From assembly GCA_030141605.1 (NCBI GenBank), contig JAQGDQ010000106.1, positions 434,001 to 498,000 of the forward strand: a stretch of DNA of 64,000 nucleotides, read 5' to 3'. The notes under the pieces were generated by a model that saw nothing but the letters and a program-made list of their open reading frames with translations, had not been told where the DNA came from and did no database searches. This DNA is from Tubiluchus corallicola (lineage: Eukaryota > Animalia > Priapulida). This document shows, in pieces, positions 13,201 to 24,745 of this stretch. The position numbers and the translations under genes are program-made. The first letter of the stretch is position 1; every line of letters begins with the position of its first letter.

Positions 13201-14355
13201 TTGATTTCTTAACTGAAAACAAAGAAACAATTTTTGCAAGTAAAATGTCACTTCATCACTTCCAAAATTCAGATATTAAAAAGTATTAATCTTAATATCA
13301 ATTTATTTTATTACATAAAGAACGAAAAATACATGCCCAGGTAGAATGCCACAGCCTGTTCCTCTCACTCACCAGATTCATATTCAGGACAAAAAAGGAA
13401 GCATGTTTGTTTCAGCCATCATTAAGAACATTGGTTAGTAATAAATATTTAGTTTGTAAAAAATCTACTGGGAGGAATGGATTATAATAAATATGCCTGT
13501 TATAAACACACAAAATAAATGTATTCCTAGACATATAATTAAACTGATACATATTCACACTTTACAGGCCAATAATTACAAGGGCACTAGCTTATGATGC
13601 TCCATTTTTCAGTCAATGCCATGACACTACGCTACATTATTTGAGTGCTGGCTTCTCATTTTGTTAAATTTATTTGAACTAACAAAAGCTAATGCACCTT
13701 GAACCTAACTGTGAACAAAATTTATTGGGAAAGGTCCGAACCACTGAAATTCTCTTACGCAAAATGAACCCAGATACTCTTATTTCAGACAGTACTGGTA
13801 ACATTCACTCCAGAAAATCTTTAAAATCCTTAATCGTGTAAGCTAATTCTGTACGATGAGAAAAAAATTGTACAAACACATCTACAAGTCAGTTACTTAC
13901 AAGAAAATGAAGAGAATTAAAAAGTTAATCATAAAAAGCAGTTTCATTTTAGGTATGTAGTTATGTTTAAGTCAAATTTTAAAATAAGTACAACAATTAT
14001 GAACAGGAATTACATGAAACCAAAATAGTTCTCTCTTACTTAGTTTTGGAAGTATAATGCAGTCAAGTTTTCTAAAAAAAATCTAGTCAACAAACCTTTA
14101 ATATTAAGTTATCATCATGGAGGCCAAAAGTATCTCTTACGACGTGTTGCACGTACTGAGAGTCGCAATCTCCATGTATAACTACATCTTGTAAGTGATC
14201 ATTGTGTCCTGAAAAATGTCATATTATTTACTATTTGCAAACTTTTAACCTTAAAAAATAACAGAAAGCAGGTATACTGAGCCATTTGAATTTACTAGTC
14301 CAAAAGAGTTGCAGTGAAAAGCATTGTTGTACTCACTATCTTTTATTACCTCCAT
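10162..14355 (-). CDS. Uncharacterised 160-aa protein, possibly a stand-alone PDE9-like N-terminal/coiled-coil module
   Basis: Seven phase-consistent GT-AG exons: 14355-14337, 14208-14096, 13212-13148, 12789-12752, 12273-12194, 11795-11733, 10266-10162. Translation: MEVIKDRHNDHLQDVVIHGDCDSQYVQHVVRDTFGLHDDNLILKLRNQRGCLIPINAEIIPNAKASPYILEVVTMYQNVKPKPRTIHMPSYNETLRSKLENLFKRVERLESITPDLKYRRNSKLQKEMLELERKLHFLNNRMDQAESSNWKGMFKRHPLW*. The first exon is the least certain. Confidence 0.8.
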
Positions 14356-14501
14356 TAATATCTGGTAAACCACATTCCGTACAGACTTTAAAGGGCAAAC
14401 AGTCAAGAACAAACAGCCTTAAATATGTTCTAATAACAACCAAAATATTGAAATTACGGTAAGAAGTATCATAACCCAAATGCCACCAAGAAATATTATT
14501 A

Positions 14502-14590
14502 CAGTAGGCGCCACTTAATAAACTCACTTTGCGACCGAAGTGTTTTGACCCAATTAACCGACTGACCCTATTAACCGATGGGTGTAGTAT
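14502..14590. mobile_element. Truncated Tc1/mariner-type MITE end
   Basis: TA|CAGTAGGCGCC terminus followed by repeated attaaccga. The same TACAGTAGGCGCC occurs at ~33834. No matching right TIR was found. Confidence 0.4.
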
Positions 14591-15720
14591 TACTGGTATA
14601 GAAGTATGAGTCACCAGATTACTATCACACTGTAAAGGTTTTTAATAAATTTTAAAAACGAAGTAATGCCTAAATTCTTTTGTGCAGTTAAAAATTAAAA
14701 AAAACGTATTTTAAAATAGTAATTTGTATAAGTGAATTAGCAATAAATTAAATAGTATACTTTTCTAAATCACACAAGTCTGTTTATTTGCAAACATTAC
14801 AAAAATTCCTTCAAAGTCGTCTAAAGCATTTTATCGCAAAGAAGTTGGCTCACAAAGTTCTCATAATGATAAAAACGTTGAAAGTCTGTTGTTGTATGCT
14901 GCACAAATTCTCGTAAAATACTTAGTGCTTGCCATACTTGAACTGTTGGTGGTGCTCGTGTTTCACCACAAGTATAGCTTCGTCTGTAGTTTCGCCTAAG
15001 CTCCCGCTTGCTATAATTGTGACGTACTTACTGTACTGTACCCGAGTCCCTGGCAAAACAGCAACATCTAACTGATTAAACTTTCAGACAAAGACAGCCA
15101 GAGCTTCAAAAGCAAACCCCTAAGCAAGTGATTAAAAGTTTAGCTCCCAGGAATTCTTGGGTAACTAAGTTAATTGGAGTGGACCGGTGGGTCAAAGCAA
15201 ACCATTAGGCTAGCATATTAGCATATGTTAAACGTTCCTACTTACTTACAAACCAAAAGGTTCCTTATATAATTGTTTCTATGTATATTATAGAACAAAA
15301 GCAAACTAAGATGATATAAAAGTCATAAAAGCTTATTAGTCACAGGAAAGTGTCTTATTGAAGCATGTGTTCAAAAGCAAAAATAATGAGTCAATTACCG
15401 ATAGTTTTATGTACATTTGCATAGAAACAGTCCGTACCAGGCATTTTTGAGTCAAGTAAGCGACGGAGTGCGTACTGTACTTAATTTTACTGATTAGATT
15501 TAGCTATTTTGGTACGTGTTGTTTGCTACCACTGATTGTCAATTCGCACTCTGGTGCTGCACCCTTTTGTCTGAGATTTAACTCCTGCGAAATCAAGTGT
15601 ACGGAAATTCTGAACAAATCCGAGTGTTGCATATTGCTAATGCTTACACTTTACACTAACGAAGAAGCATGTAATAAGCTCTGAAGTATTTGTTTATTAG
15701 AAAATAAAGGTTCAAATTAA

Positions 15721-16421
15721 CGGGAACATGATATTTGGGCATGGGACACTTGGCAACCATGGCATTTAGGCATGCAAACACTTGGGCACTAGACATTTGG
15801 GCAAGAATAATATTTAATGTTGTATCTAATTGTCTTTTATTATAGTTTATTAATTTTTTTAAACGTTATTTGTTTAAGCAAATTATATTATACTGTAGCT
15901 GTTTTCAGTTTTACACAATCGTACTCACTACAACAATTATTTCTACTATAATTACTTACTACTTATAATTTCTTACTACTTTCTTCTTCCTCTTGTTATT
16001 ATTAAAATTATTACTTTAGCCTACTAGGCAGTGTGGTTTGCAGCACAAAACAGAAAAACCGTATTCTCACATGATGGAGTCACCTTGGACATTGTGGTGG
16101 GCATAAATTAAAATATATTAGACTGAAGATTCTGGTTTATTTTTTATTGTCCGTTTAATCTTTCGGTTTTTAATTTCATAAAATTTGGTATTTTAACACA
16201 AAAAATGAGAACAAAATATTGCACACCTCATGCTCTCATCTCTCTAACCAACAAAAACGCAGAATTTTGAAATGTTGAATTTTTTAAACGCTTGGCAACA
16301 GACGTAACTTGTTCATTGGTCACTGGCACAAAAACGTCTCAAGCTTAATTCAGCCAGCGCCCAAGTGTCTAGGCTGAAGTGACTGCACTCTATTTTCCCA
16401 CACCCAAATGTCTTGTCCCCT
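15721..16421. mobile_element. Non-autonomous TIR element with ~15-bp subterminal repeats (GACATTTGGGC family), copy A
   Basis: Left end cgggaacat...ggacacttggc...agacatttgggc; right end gcccaagtgtct...acccaaatgtc. Confidence 0.7.
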
Positions 16422-16539
16422 AAATTAGCATCCATGGTTCCGTCTATGACCTTTGTTTTACAAGTATTTGTGATAACTGATGCAAACCTATTAAAAGCTT
16501 AATTATTTCTTTATGTTTGAAGTTATCGAATGCTTAGCC

Positions 16540-16700
16540 AGCATGAGAACCAGAGGACATAATTTATTATGGGGTTATAATTATAACACAGGGTGTTGCA
16601 ATAATCGTTCTTACCATTCCCGTCAAAAGAGTTACGAGTCTAGCCGCAGACGTATTGAGAATTGTGGCATACTTCTTAACAGGCACATTTCCTCATTAAC
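16540..16700 (+). mobile_element. Probable 3' fragment of an older CR1-type LINE ORF2
   Basis: Reads RTRGHNL, resembling the TRGH motif at the C-terminus of CR1 ORF2; the rest is decayed. Confidence 0.35.
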
Positions 16701-19579
16701 TTAATGCTTATGAAATAACTTAGCTATTAAATTGCAGTATTTAATTTGAAAAATATACATATATTCATTAACAAAAGTTTAAGATCATCTTGCTTGAAGG
16801 TAATATTTTAGAATCCAGTCAAGTATTGAAAAATCCATTGTTATGCAGACACAGACCATTGTTTTTGCATTTGCTGTACAAATTAATTAATTTGATTTAT
16901 GCAAATTTAATGCTTGTTAAAAGTGGTAAAAACTTTTCTTACAAATACACCAACTAACACGTGCAATGGTGCAGTAATGATGCCATTAAAAAGGTTGTGC
17001 ATGAGGAACATGACAGAGATTCTAAGCGAGCAAACTTAATTGTCAAACATTTACCAGATTGCTCTGCTGGGCACTCTGTAGAAAACATAACAAGGTGGTT
17101 ACAAGAAGAACTAGGTGTTGTAAAATCTTCAGTAATTAGTACTAAAATGGATAGACTGTGCAAGCCTAAAGAGGGATATAACAGACCTCTAAGATTAGTC
17201 GTGAATTTTGTCTGATCTAAATGGATTATTCTACGAGAAGACCTGATCAAAAGTGATCAGAAGTGGAAAAACAACTGAGGAAGGAATTAAAGGCATGTAG
17301 AAAAGCAAAAAGGTGAAGATAATCTAACTATTAAAAAGGGAAAATTGCGACAGTCAGTTAAACAGTCCCAGACAAAAAGTATCTGAAATCTGATAGATCA
17401 GCAAACACAATGATAAAGCAAAGATTGCTGCAAACAGACACTACTTTTGCTCAATCATAATCAACCTTGGAAATACAGGAATATGAAGAGGAACATGCGG
17501 TGTCTAATGATGGTGATGAAAGTTTGGATAAGTAGCACGATTTTTCAAAAACAGCAAAAGAAGATAAGACTCAAATTGAAACCGTAGTTGAGTTGCACAG
17601 AAATAGCCAAAAATGGCCCTGAATCAACAACAGTCAAGCAACTTTATGTCAAAGCCAGTTCACAGTTGGCAGAACTAGAACAAATCAGTACAAACAGAAG
17701 GACTACTAGGAGTGGTAGTATTTCGGTTAATAATTGACATACAAGGCATAAAACCATCTTTACACAGTGTAAATAGAGTTACTGACACTACAGTTGATTA
17801 CTCACCTTATTGTGCAAGCTCAAGAAGAAGCACTAGTTGTTCTACTAATAATTAAACTTTAAACTGTGTATTTTTTAATGCTGATTGTTTAAGCAACAAA
17901 ATCACTGAGCTCAAAGAATTTATGGCAACTAATAATCCAGACATAATTGGGGTTGTTGAAGCTAAACATAAGAGAACATTTTATCCATACTCTGCAGAAG
18001 ATTTCAAATTAGATGGATATCATTCGTCTTTTGTTGACCAGTGACAGTGGGATACTGGCACATTATTGTCGGAATTGTTATTCTGCTACAAAGCTTCACA
18101 GTTTTGATTGTAATGAATTTGCTGAACAAATTTGGGTAGAGGTGAGCAATACAAGGAACTGCAAATATACGATAGGGTGTATATACAGAAGTCCTACTTC
18201 TAATTCTGACAGATAACAACAGATTACTATTGAGCCTATTAGAAGATACATCAAAATATTCAAAATCCAACTTGTTGATTATGAGTGACTTTAATTTTGC
18301 AAGACTGACAATTGAACGTTGGCGCTCAATGTCCCTGTGTGATTTGCGTGATACATCTACAGAATCACAATTTAGATATATTGTGCACAAAAATAAGCTC
18401 TACTAGCACGTGCTATGTAACACCCGCTACAGACCAGCTGCCATCTTGTTTTCAGTGTGCGTCGAACAGCGTGGAGTTAAAGCGCAAACAGGCAAACTAA
18501 ACTATTTCAAAACAAACTATCAACTTATACACCAACACTTTGCTCACATCAGCTGGTTCGACTTATTAGAAGGTGACTCTGTAGAAGAAGCTTGGGGGTC
18601 TTTGCATCTAAATATGAGAGTAAAATATCCAACACTCCTATCAACAAGTCAAGTACAATTGGCAAGTTTAAACCTGCTTGGAATACTAAGCAGTAATTAG
18701 TAGCAATCAAACTGAAAAAAGGTAAGTGGCGAATTTATGATGCAAAGAAGAACGCTGAAAGTTATCAACTTTATGTGAAGCAGAGAAATCGAACAACACA
18801 TGTCGTGTGCAATGCAAAAAAGAAATATGAGAGAACCATAGTTAAATCTGTATGAGAAAAACTACAAGCAATTCTGGGCATATGTAAATCAGAATCTAAA
18901 GAAACGGAACAAAGTTCCAACACTGAATAAAATGGTGTAGAAATCAGCAAGGGTTTTGATAAGGCAGTATTTTTAAATCAGTATTTGCAAATGTGTTTAC
19001 TGATGAGGAAGAAGACAATGTACCATTTGCCAGCCAAACTGACATGGTAATCAGCTCAATAGAAGTCACCAAAAATTTAATTTATGATGTCATTTCTCAT
19101 CTCAAATATGACTCGGGAATGGGATTGTTCTGATCAATTTTTCACCCCTTGCAGTAAAGCAGCTTAAAACAATGCCAGCAACTCCGCTTAACTTGATATT
19201 TCAAAAATCACTCAATGAAGGAAAAATAGCTAGCCCATGGAAACATGCAACTGTTTCTCCAATTTTCAATGAAGGAGAAAGTAATCTAACTACAAATTAT
19301 CGACCAATCAGTTTAACATCAGTGATATGCAGCAGCTGGAAAGAATCATCAAGGAACACATATATGACCATTTAGTTTCACAGAACTTTCTCAGTGATTC
19401 ACAGTATGGATTCATTACAGGTAGCTCATGTATGCTGAACTTGCTGGATGCTTTAACTGACTGGCAGGATTCAATTGAACAAGTTGGGATGTACATGTGA
19501 TATATTACAATCTTCAGATAGCATTTGATAAGGTTCTCCACAAGAAACTTCTTTTGAAGGCTTACGGAATATCTGGTAT

Positions 19580-20312
19580 GACTTCCACCTGACTATACAC
19601 TACAATGGCATAATATTAACAGTTACAGGGTTTAACCGGATTCGTGGATCCACAACGTTATGTGTACAATTAGGTAGCAACCTTGGGTAAAAACTATTAG
19701 TAGGGTGGCTGACGCGCGCCGCCATGTTGTAGGAGATGCAGATTGAACATTATTTTGCTGCCGCATTTCGGTTATTTGTTTGCAAGCAACATCAAAGTAA
19801 ATTAAAAATTAAATTAATATTATTGAAGTGTTGCTATTTCTTTTTTGTTTGCCTAAATTCTGTATTTGGAATTCTTAGCTATAAATAATAGAATGCTAAA
19901 AGTGCAATTTTTAACTTTTTGCTCAAACCTGACTTAGCCATTTTTTGTTACTCCTGTCATTTCAAAACTATTTAATTATTTGAAATGCGTTTTTTTAAAT
20001 TAAATACATGCTTATAGTGCTATCAAATGAGCACACTTGCAGCTATGGTGGCGCACTCTATAATTTTTGTTCAGCCACCCTACTATTAGCTTCGCCCCGA
20101 TCTATACTTCTATTTAATTAGTTAGCTAACTTATCTATGTAATACAAATAATACCAAAAATGTTAATTATTGTTACTACTAACACTGAAAATAACCTTTT
20201 GCACAAAGCTTTTGTGAATTAACTTTATATGTATGCACTGTTTGAAATGTATGTACTGTATTGTGTTTTGCCAATGTACATTATATGTATTTGAGCAATA
20301 AATTGAAATTGA
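19580..20312 (+). mobile_element. Nested 3' fragment of a retroposon (L2/Crack-like tail) inside the CR1 RT
   Basis: RT homology breaks at ~19580 and the segment ends in AATAAATTGAAATTGA. Family assignment is tentative. Confidence 0.45.
19701..20082. mobile_element. hAT-like MITE
   Basis: Perfect 12-bp TIR TAGGGTGGCTGA / TCAGCCACCCTA with flanking duplication (a)ctattag of 7-8 bp. Confidence 0.88.
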
Positions 20313-20760
20313 TCATCGAAGGTAACACAAGTTTAACACGTGTGTAAAAATAATAAAAAGTGTATACAAGTGACCCAGTCTGTTTTACATTTACCAGTCT
20401 CTATTCCAGTAGGTTCTCGATGCTGATTAACGCGTTGGCAAAATTGTAAAAAGTGCTGCGAGGACGTGAAGTTACGAATGACCGTACCTGGCAAATCGTG
20501 TCGTTTCATCAAAATCCACAATTTTCTTCCACTTTCCATTCTTTCGATCATGAAGCAATACTTAAACTAAAGTTAAGGTATTAAAGATAGGGAAAGCAGT
20601 TTAGTTCGCAACAGAACCTGAGATTTCAGACGAAAATCGAACAATTTTTTGCCTCATTGCTCCTTCAAAAGCTCATTACGGAAAATCTTCGAGGTACGCC
20701 ATGTTATCTATGGTTTACTCATAGTTTTCTGGCTATTGTAACTTCACTATGATTATACCA

Positions 20761-20894
20761 GAACAACTCTCTGATGTCTGCCAGACAGAAAATTGCAAAT
20801 TCACGTTAACGAGGAGAATGAATACCAAATCCACTTATAACTTCTTGAATAACCTAGGCAGCTTTGTTGCATTGGCATAATCCATGTAAATGAC
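20761..20894 (-). mobile_element. Inverted CR1 RT fragment
   Basis: Minus strand reads VIYMDYANA...ICNFLSGRHQRVV, homologous to plus-strand 21313-21370. Confidence 0.75.
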
Positions 20895-21698
20895 ATTCTG
20901 GCAGAGCTATTGAATTTATGTGGAAATGAATCAAGAAAGCTGAATCTTATACACCCCAACCTGTATTTATTTTTAACAATACTTTGTAAGGCTAATGATC
21001 TACTTATTTCTAAGTCAAGCTTACGTCCTGGCTCTGGCTTGTTTAACCCAATATTAATTTTTTTAAGTATTATTAGTTTAGTGAGCGATTTATTCGAGAT
21101 TAATTTGCTCTACTATTTTTCATTATACACGTACTCTGCGCCACAGTTTTCTCTTATTTAGCTAAATTATTATCTCGTGCAAGCCAAATCAGAGTGCATG
21201 GTGGTCCTACACATTGTTATGTGCAAAAAATTTCTATTTTGCAATATAAGCAAAATAATTACAATCATTGATTTTCCATAAGAATAATTTTATAAGGGTT
21301 TGACAGAGAACAGGTACTCATTCTCCTTTTCTATCTGTAATTTTCTATCTGGCAGACATCAAAGAGTTGCTGTTCATCCAGATTGAACCTAGCTGGGTAG
21401 ATGTATTACTTAAGGAATCCCACAAGGTATCATTTTCGGTCCAGTTTTCTTTACCTTGTTCGTTAATAATCTACGAGATGAATTGCACCCAGCAATAAAG
21501 ATGTTTGCTGATCATACCAAGTTGTTTGCAATTACAGGAGAAGAACACATGCAACGCAGGTTCATCTTGACTTGCAACATTTAGAAAGTTGGGCAACTCA
21601 TTGGTAATTGACCTTTAATGATGAGAAATTCAAAGTGATGAATATTGGCAGATAAAATGCTGAATATAAAATGAACTAATATATGGTCTAACGCTCCA

Positions 21699-21755
21699 TC
21701 AGCTAATAGTGATGTAGAGAAAGACCTCAGCTAATAGTGATGTAGAGAAAGACCT
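21699..21755 (+). repeat. 28-bp tandem duplication inside the LINE RT
   Basis: tcagctaatagtgatgtagagaaagacc occurs at 21699 and 21727. Confidence 0.9.
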
Positions 21756-23789
21756 TGGGGTACATGTGGACATCCAACTCAAGTTTAGCAATCATGCTCA
21801 ATTACAAGCAAATTAATAAAGCTATTATATTAATAAGCTTATCTTAATAAGCGATAAGAAGAACCTTCATGCATCTCAGCAAAAATTATGTTACCCTACT
21901 GCACAAGTCATTAGTGAGAGGGTCTGAGACTCTTGGTGGCCTGTGACTTACCCTTGCTATGTCAAACATTACAAGCTGCTAGTTCTATAGTGTTCAGAGG
22001 AGAGCCACAAGAATGGTTCCTGGACTAAAATAATTAGATTATGAAGATCACTTGGCAGCCATTAAATTATCATCATTACATTATAAAAGAGCAACCATCA
22101 TTGGACACTACAAGTTTACTCAGGATGCGTTCGCATCAACACCATAGTTTCCTTCGAAGTTGATGGCATGAGTAGGACAAGCCTAGGCAAAAATTGAAGA
22201 AACCTTTCTGTAGGACATCCGTTAGGCAACATTTTTTCTCATTGAGGAATGTTAAACTTTGGAACTTATTGTCAGACCATGTTGTCACTGCTCCGTCACT
22301 TAATGCATTCAAGGCCAGATTGGATCATTGCTAGGAGACTTAGGTATCAAAAACAATCCTATATCCTTCCGCCAGGTGTGCACAGAATGTTATATTTCTG
22401 TCACTAGCAGAGATGATGATGTCAGGTACGAGAATGTTGCACAGGTCGAAGACCTTAAGCAACGCATCATTAAAGTAAAATAAAGTAAAGTATAATATTG
22501 TAGAAACAAACATCCGAGCAGCCAGGTGAAAAGCCAACAGTTACCATGAAAATTCATCATGGTGTCAACATTCTTACTTAAGAAGTCACAAGCAGATCAG
22601 CAAATCCACCAAAACAAGCCACCATGCAGGGCCGGTTCTACCACTAACAAACTAGGCAGTTGCCGTTGCCAAATTCTGGAATTCCTTAATTTTTAAATTA
22701 GCACAAGTAATAACAAAGTGAGTCAGTAATGACTGACACGTTACCAAGTTTTTGTCCACAGTTTATATTGTATGCATAGGGCAGCAGTAGACTCGTTTCG
22801 TTAATAAAAGAGTTCTTAGAACAGCATCAATCTATTTATGGTAGATAAACCTATAAGAATCGAAGTCTCCAGGAGCATAATACAGGAAATTAGAAATAAC
22901 AAAACAAACCTGGAGGAAACTGAATAGCAGCAAGATTTTATATTAAGTATTTGCAACCAGATCATACTTATAATATTATAGTTGTAAAGATGATGATACT
23001 AATGAAATGGATGGTTGTAAAAAAACAGGAGTCAGACTCAGTCACTCTTTCTAACATTTTCTGACGAAAAGGCTGAGGTATATTCTAGCTACGTGTATGT
23101 ACACGAAGATTGCACAGCAGAAATGCTCCTAATGTAGCTACTGACAGCTAATTAAATTCAGTTAATTAGTACACTATAATGCACGTATGAGCCCAACACA
23201 CACGTGCCTTTGTACTTTAGTATATCTAGCTGGGTGCATGGGGTCTGTGGGGCAGCGATTGACCGTTGAGAAGTGCGCGACAAAAATACTTTTGCGTAGG
23301 GCGTCAGACTATCTAGAGCTAACCCTGCCACCATGCATCTGTTTTGCTGCACTTTCACTCAAAATCCTTGTTTCTATCATAGGAAATATTGTCAAAATCA
23401 GTATATATAACTGAAATGTAACTCAGAACTTTTTTATTGGCCAATTCTTAAAGTGGAGCCATAAAGCAATGATTTTGATGTTTGAAAAGATGACTAAAGC
23501 CACAAGGTATTTAATTGTTTTTAGTTTGGACTAATTTAAAATTGCACTTAGTTTGGTAGTGAGGATGTGCCGATACGAGAAGTTTCAGCAAAAAATATTT
23601 GATACCTAAAACACTCTTAATAATAATTTATTATTATTGTTATTCACCATCCAATTTCTCAAGTTTACCTATTTATAAAAGTCCTTATAAAAGATATTTG
23701 TTTACAAATTACATGTGACACGGTTAACAATTACACAGATCTTCACAATAGCAATCATCATAATAACATTGCAAAAACATTACTACCAA

Positions 23790-24020
23790 ATTAATCTATT
23801 ATATTACATACATAATTTTTGGAATAATTCGATGTTTCATGAGTTTTCTTGCTAACACCAAATCCTAACAGTATACAATGGAAATAGACCTACAATAACA
23901 TTGCCACCAACTTACACTATTATATCATATAGATCTTTTTTTGAAAAAAAAAATTGACGTTTCCATGAGTTTTCTTGCTAACCCCAAATCTAGACAGTAT
24001 AATGGAAATAGACCTATAAC
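23790..24020 (+). repeat. Diverged tandem duplication, ~125 bp x2
   Basis: catgagttttcttgctaac...aatggaaatagaccta occurs at ~23838 and ~23964. Confidence 0.8.
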
Positions 24021-24745
24021 TGCAAATAGATAAACACAAATAATAGGAAGCCTAGATACCAAAACTGATAATAGGACACATAATATAATGGCAACCAACT
24101 AAACTATCAATAATTGAACCAAAGCGTGAAAGTAATTAAATAATTGGCTTTATCGATAACAAAAGAAAATAATAGAGCTCTCTTTGCTGCCATGTAGTGT
24201 TCTATAATCACTGAACGTTTTTGTTGTGCAGTGAATCATAGTCAATTAAAGCAGTCTCGTATATATATATTCAGGAAGGCACTACTATAAATTTGCAAAC
24301 CATGTAGACTTAGTGACAATTGATTGCATGCATTGATTTATTCATCATTTCTAGATGTCATACTTTGTGAAACTTCATCTACAGACTTAAAACACATGAC
24401 AGACTTTAAACAGTTTGTTCCTCATGACTTGACCTGACTAATTCACATTTGTTTCGGACTTTAGAAATTATTTTTTTGTTATGTACTATTCTTTGTACAA
24501 TAAGCTCTTTGCAGTAGCTTCTAAATGTGCAATAATGAAAAAATTCATGATTATAATTTATCAAGCAATGTTGATTACAAGTCCTACATTCAGCAAAAAA
24601 GAAAACGCAAGCATCACAAAAATGCTTAACATGTGCAAATTTTCTCACCTCTTCCAATGACAAAAATATTTTTGAAAAGCTATATGTTCAAAATAAACAA
24701 TAGACAACCTATGTAGAAATGCTTGTAACCCTGTTTCTTGTTTTT

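Larger units (their letters stand above)
16961..22340 (+). mobile_element. Decayed near-full-length CR1-clade LINE (ORF1, APE endonuclease, RT), interrupted at ~19580-21310
   Basis: ORF1 remnant EEHDRDSKRANLIVKHLPD...RPLRL. APE remnants FFNADCLSNKITEL..NPDIIGVVE and IGCIYRSP. RT remnants IFQKSLNEG..WKHATVSPIF..NYRPISLTSVIC, QYGF, AFDKV, then FLSGRHQRV, GIPQG..FGP, KMFADHTKL, EKDLGV, VQRRATRMV and terminal FFSLRNVKLWNLL..VVTAPSLNAFKARLD. Many stops and frameshifts. Confidence 0.92.

Noticed and set aside
13697-13848. Extra minus-strand exon of the 160-aa gene (ELAYTIKDFKDFLE)
   Set aside because: It has stops in all frames, and the flanking exons already join in phase 0.
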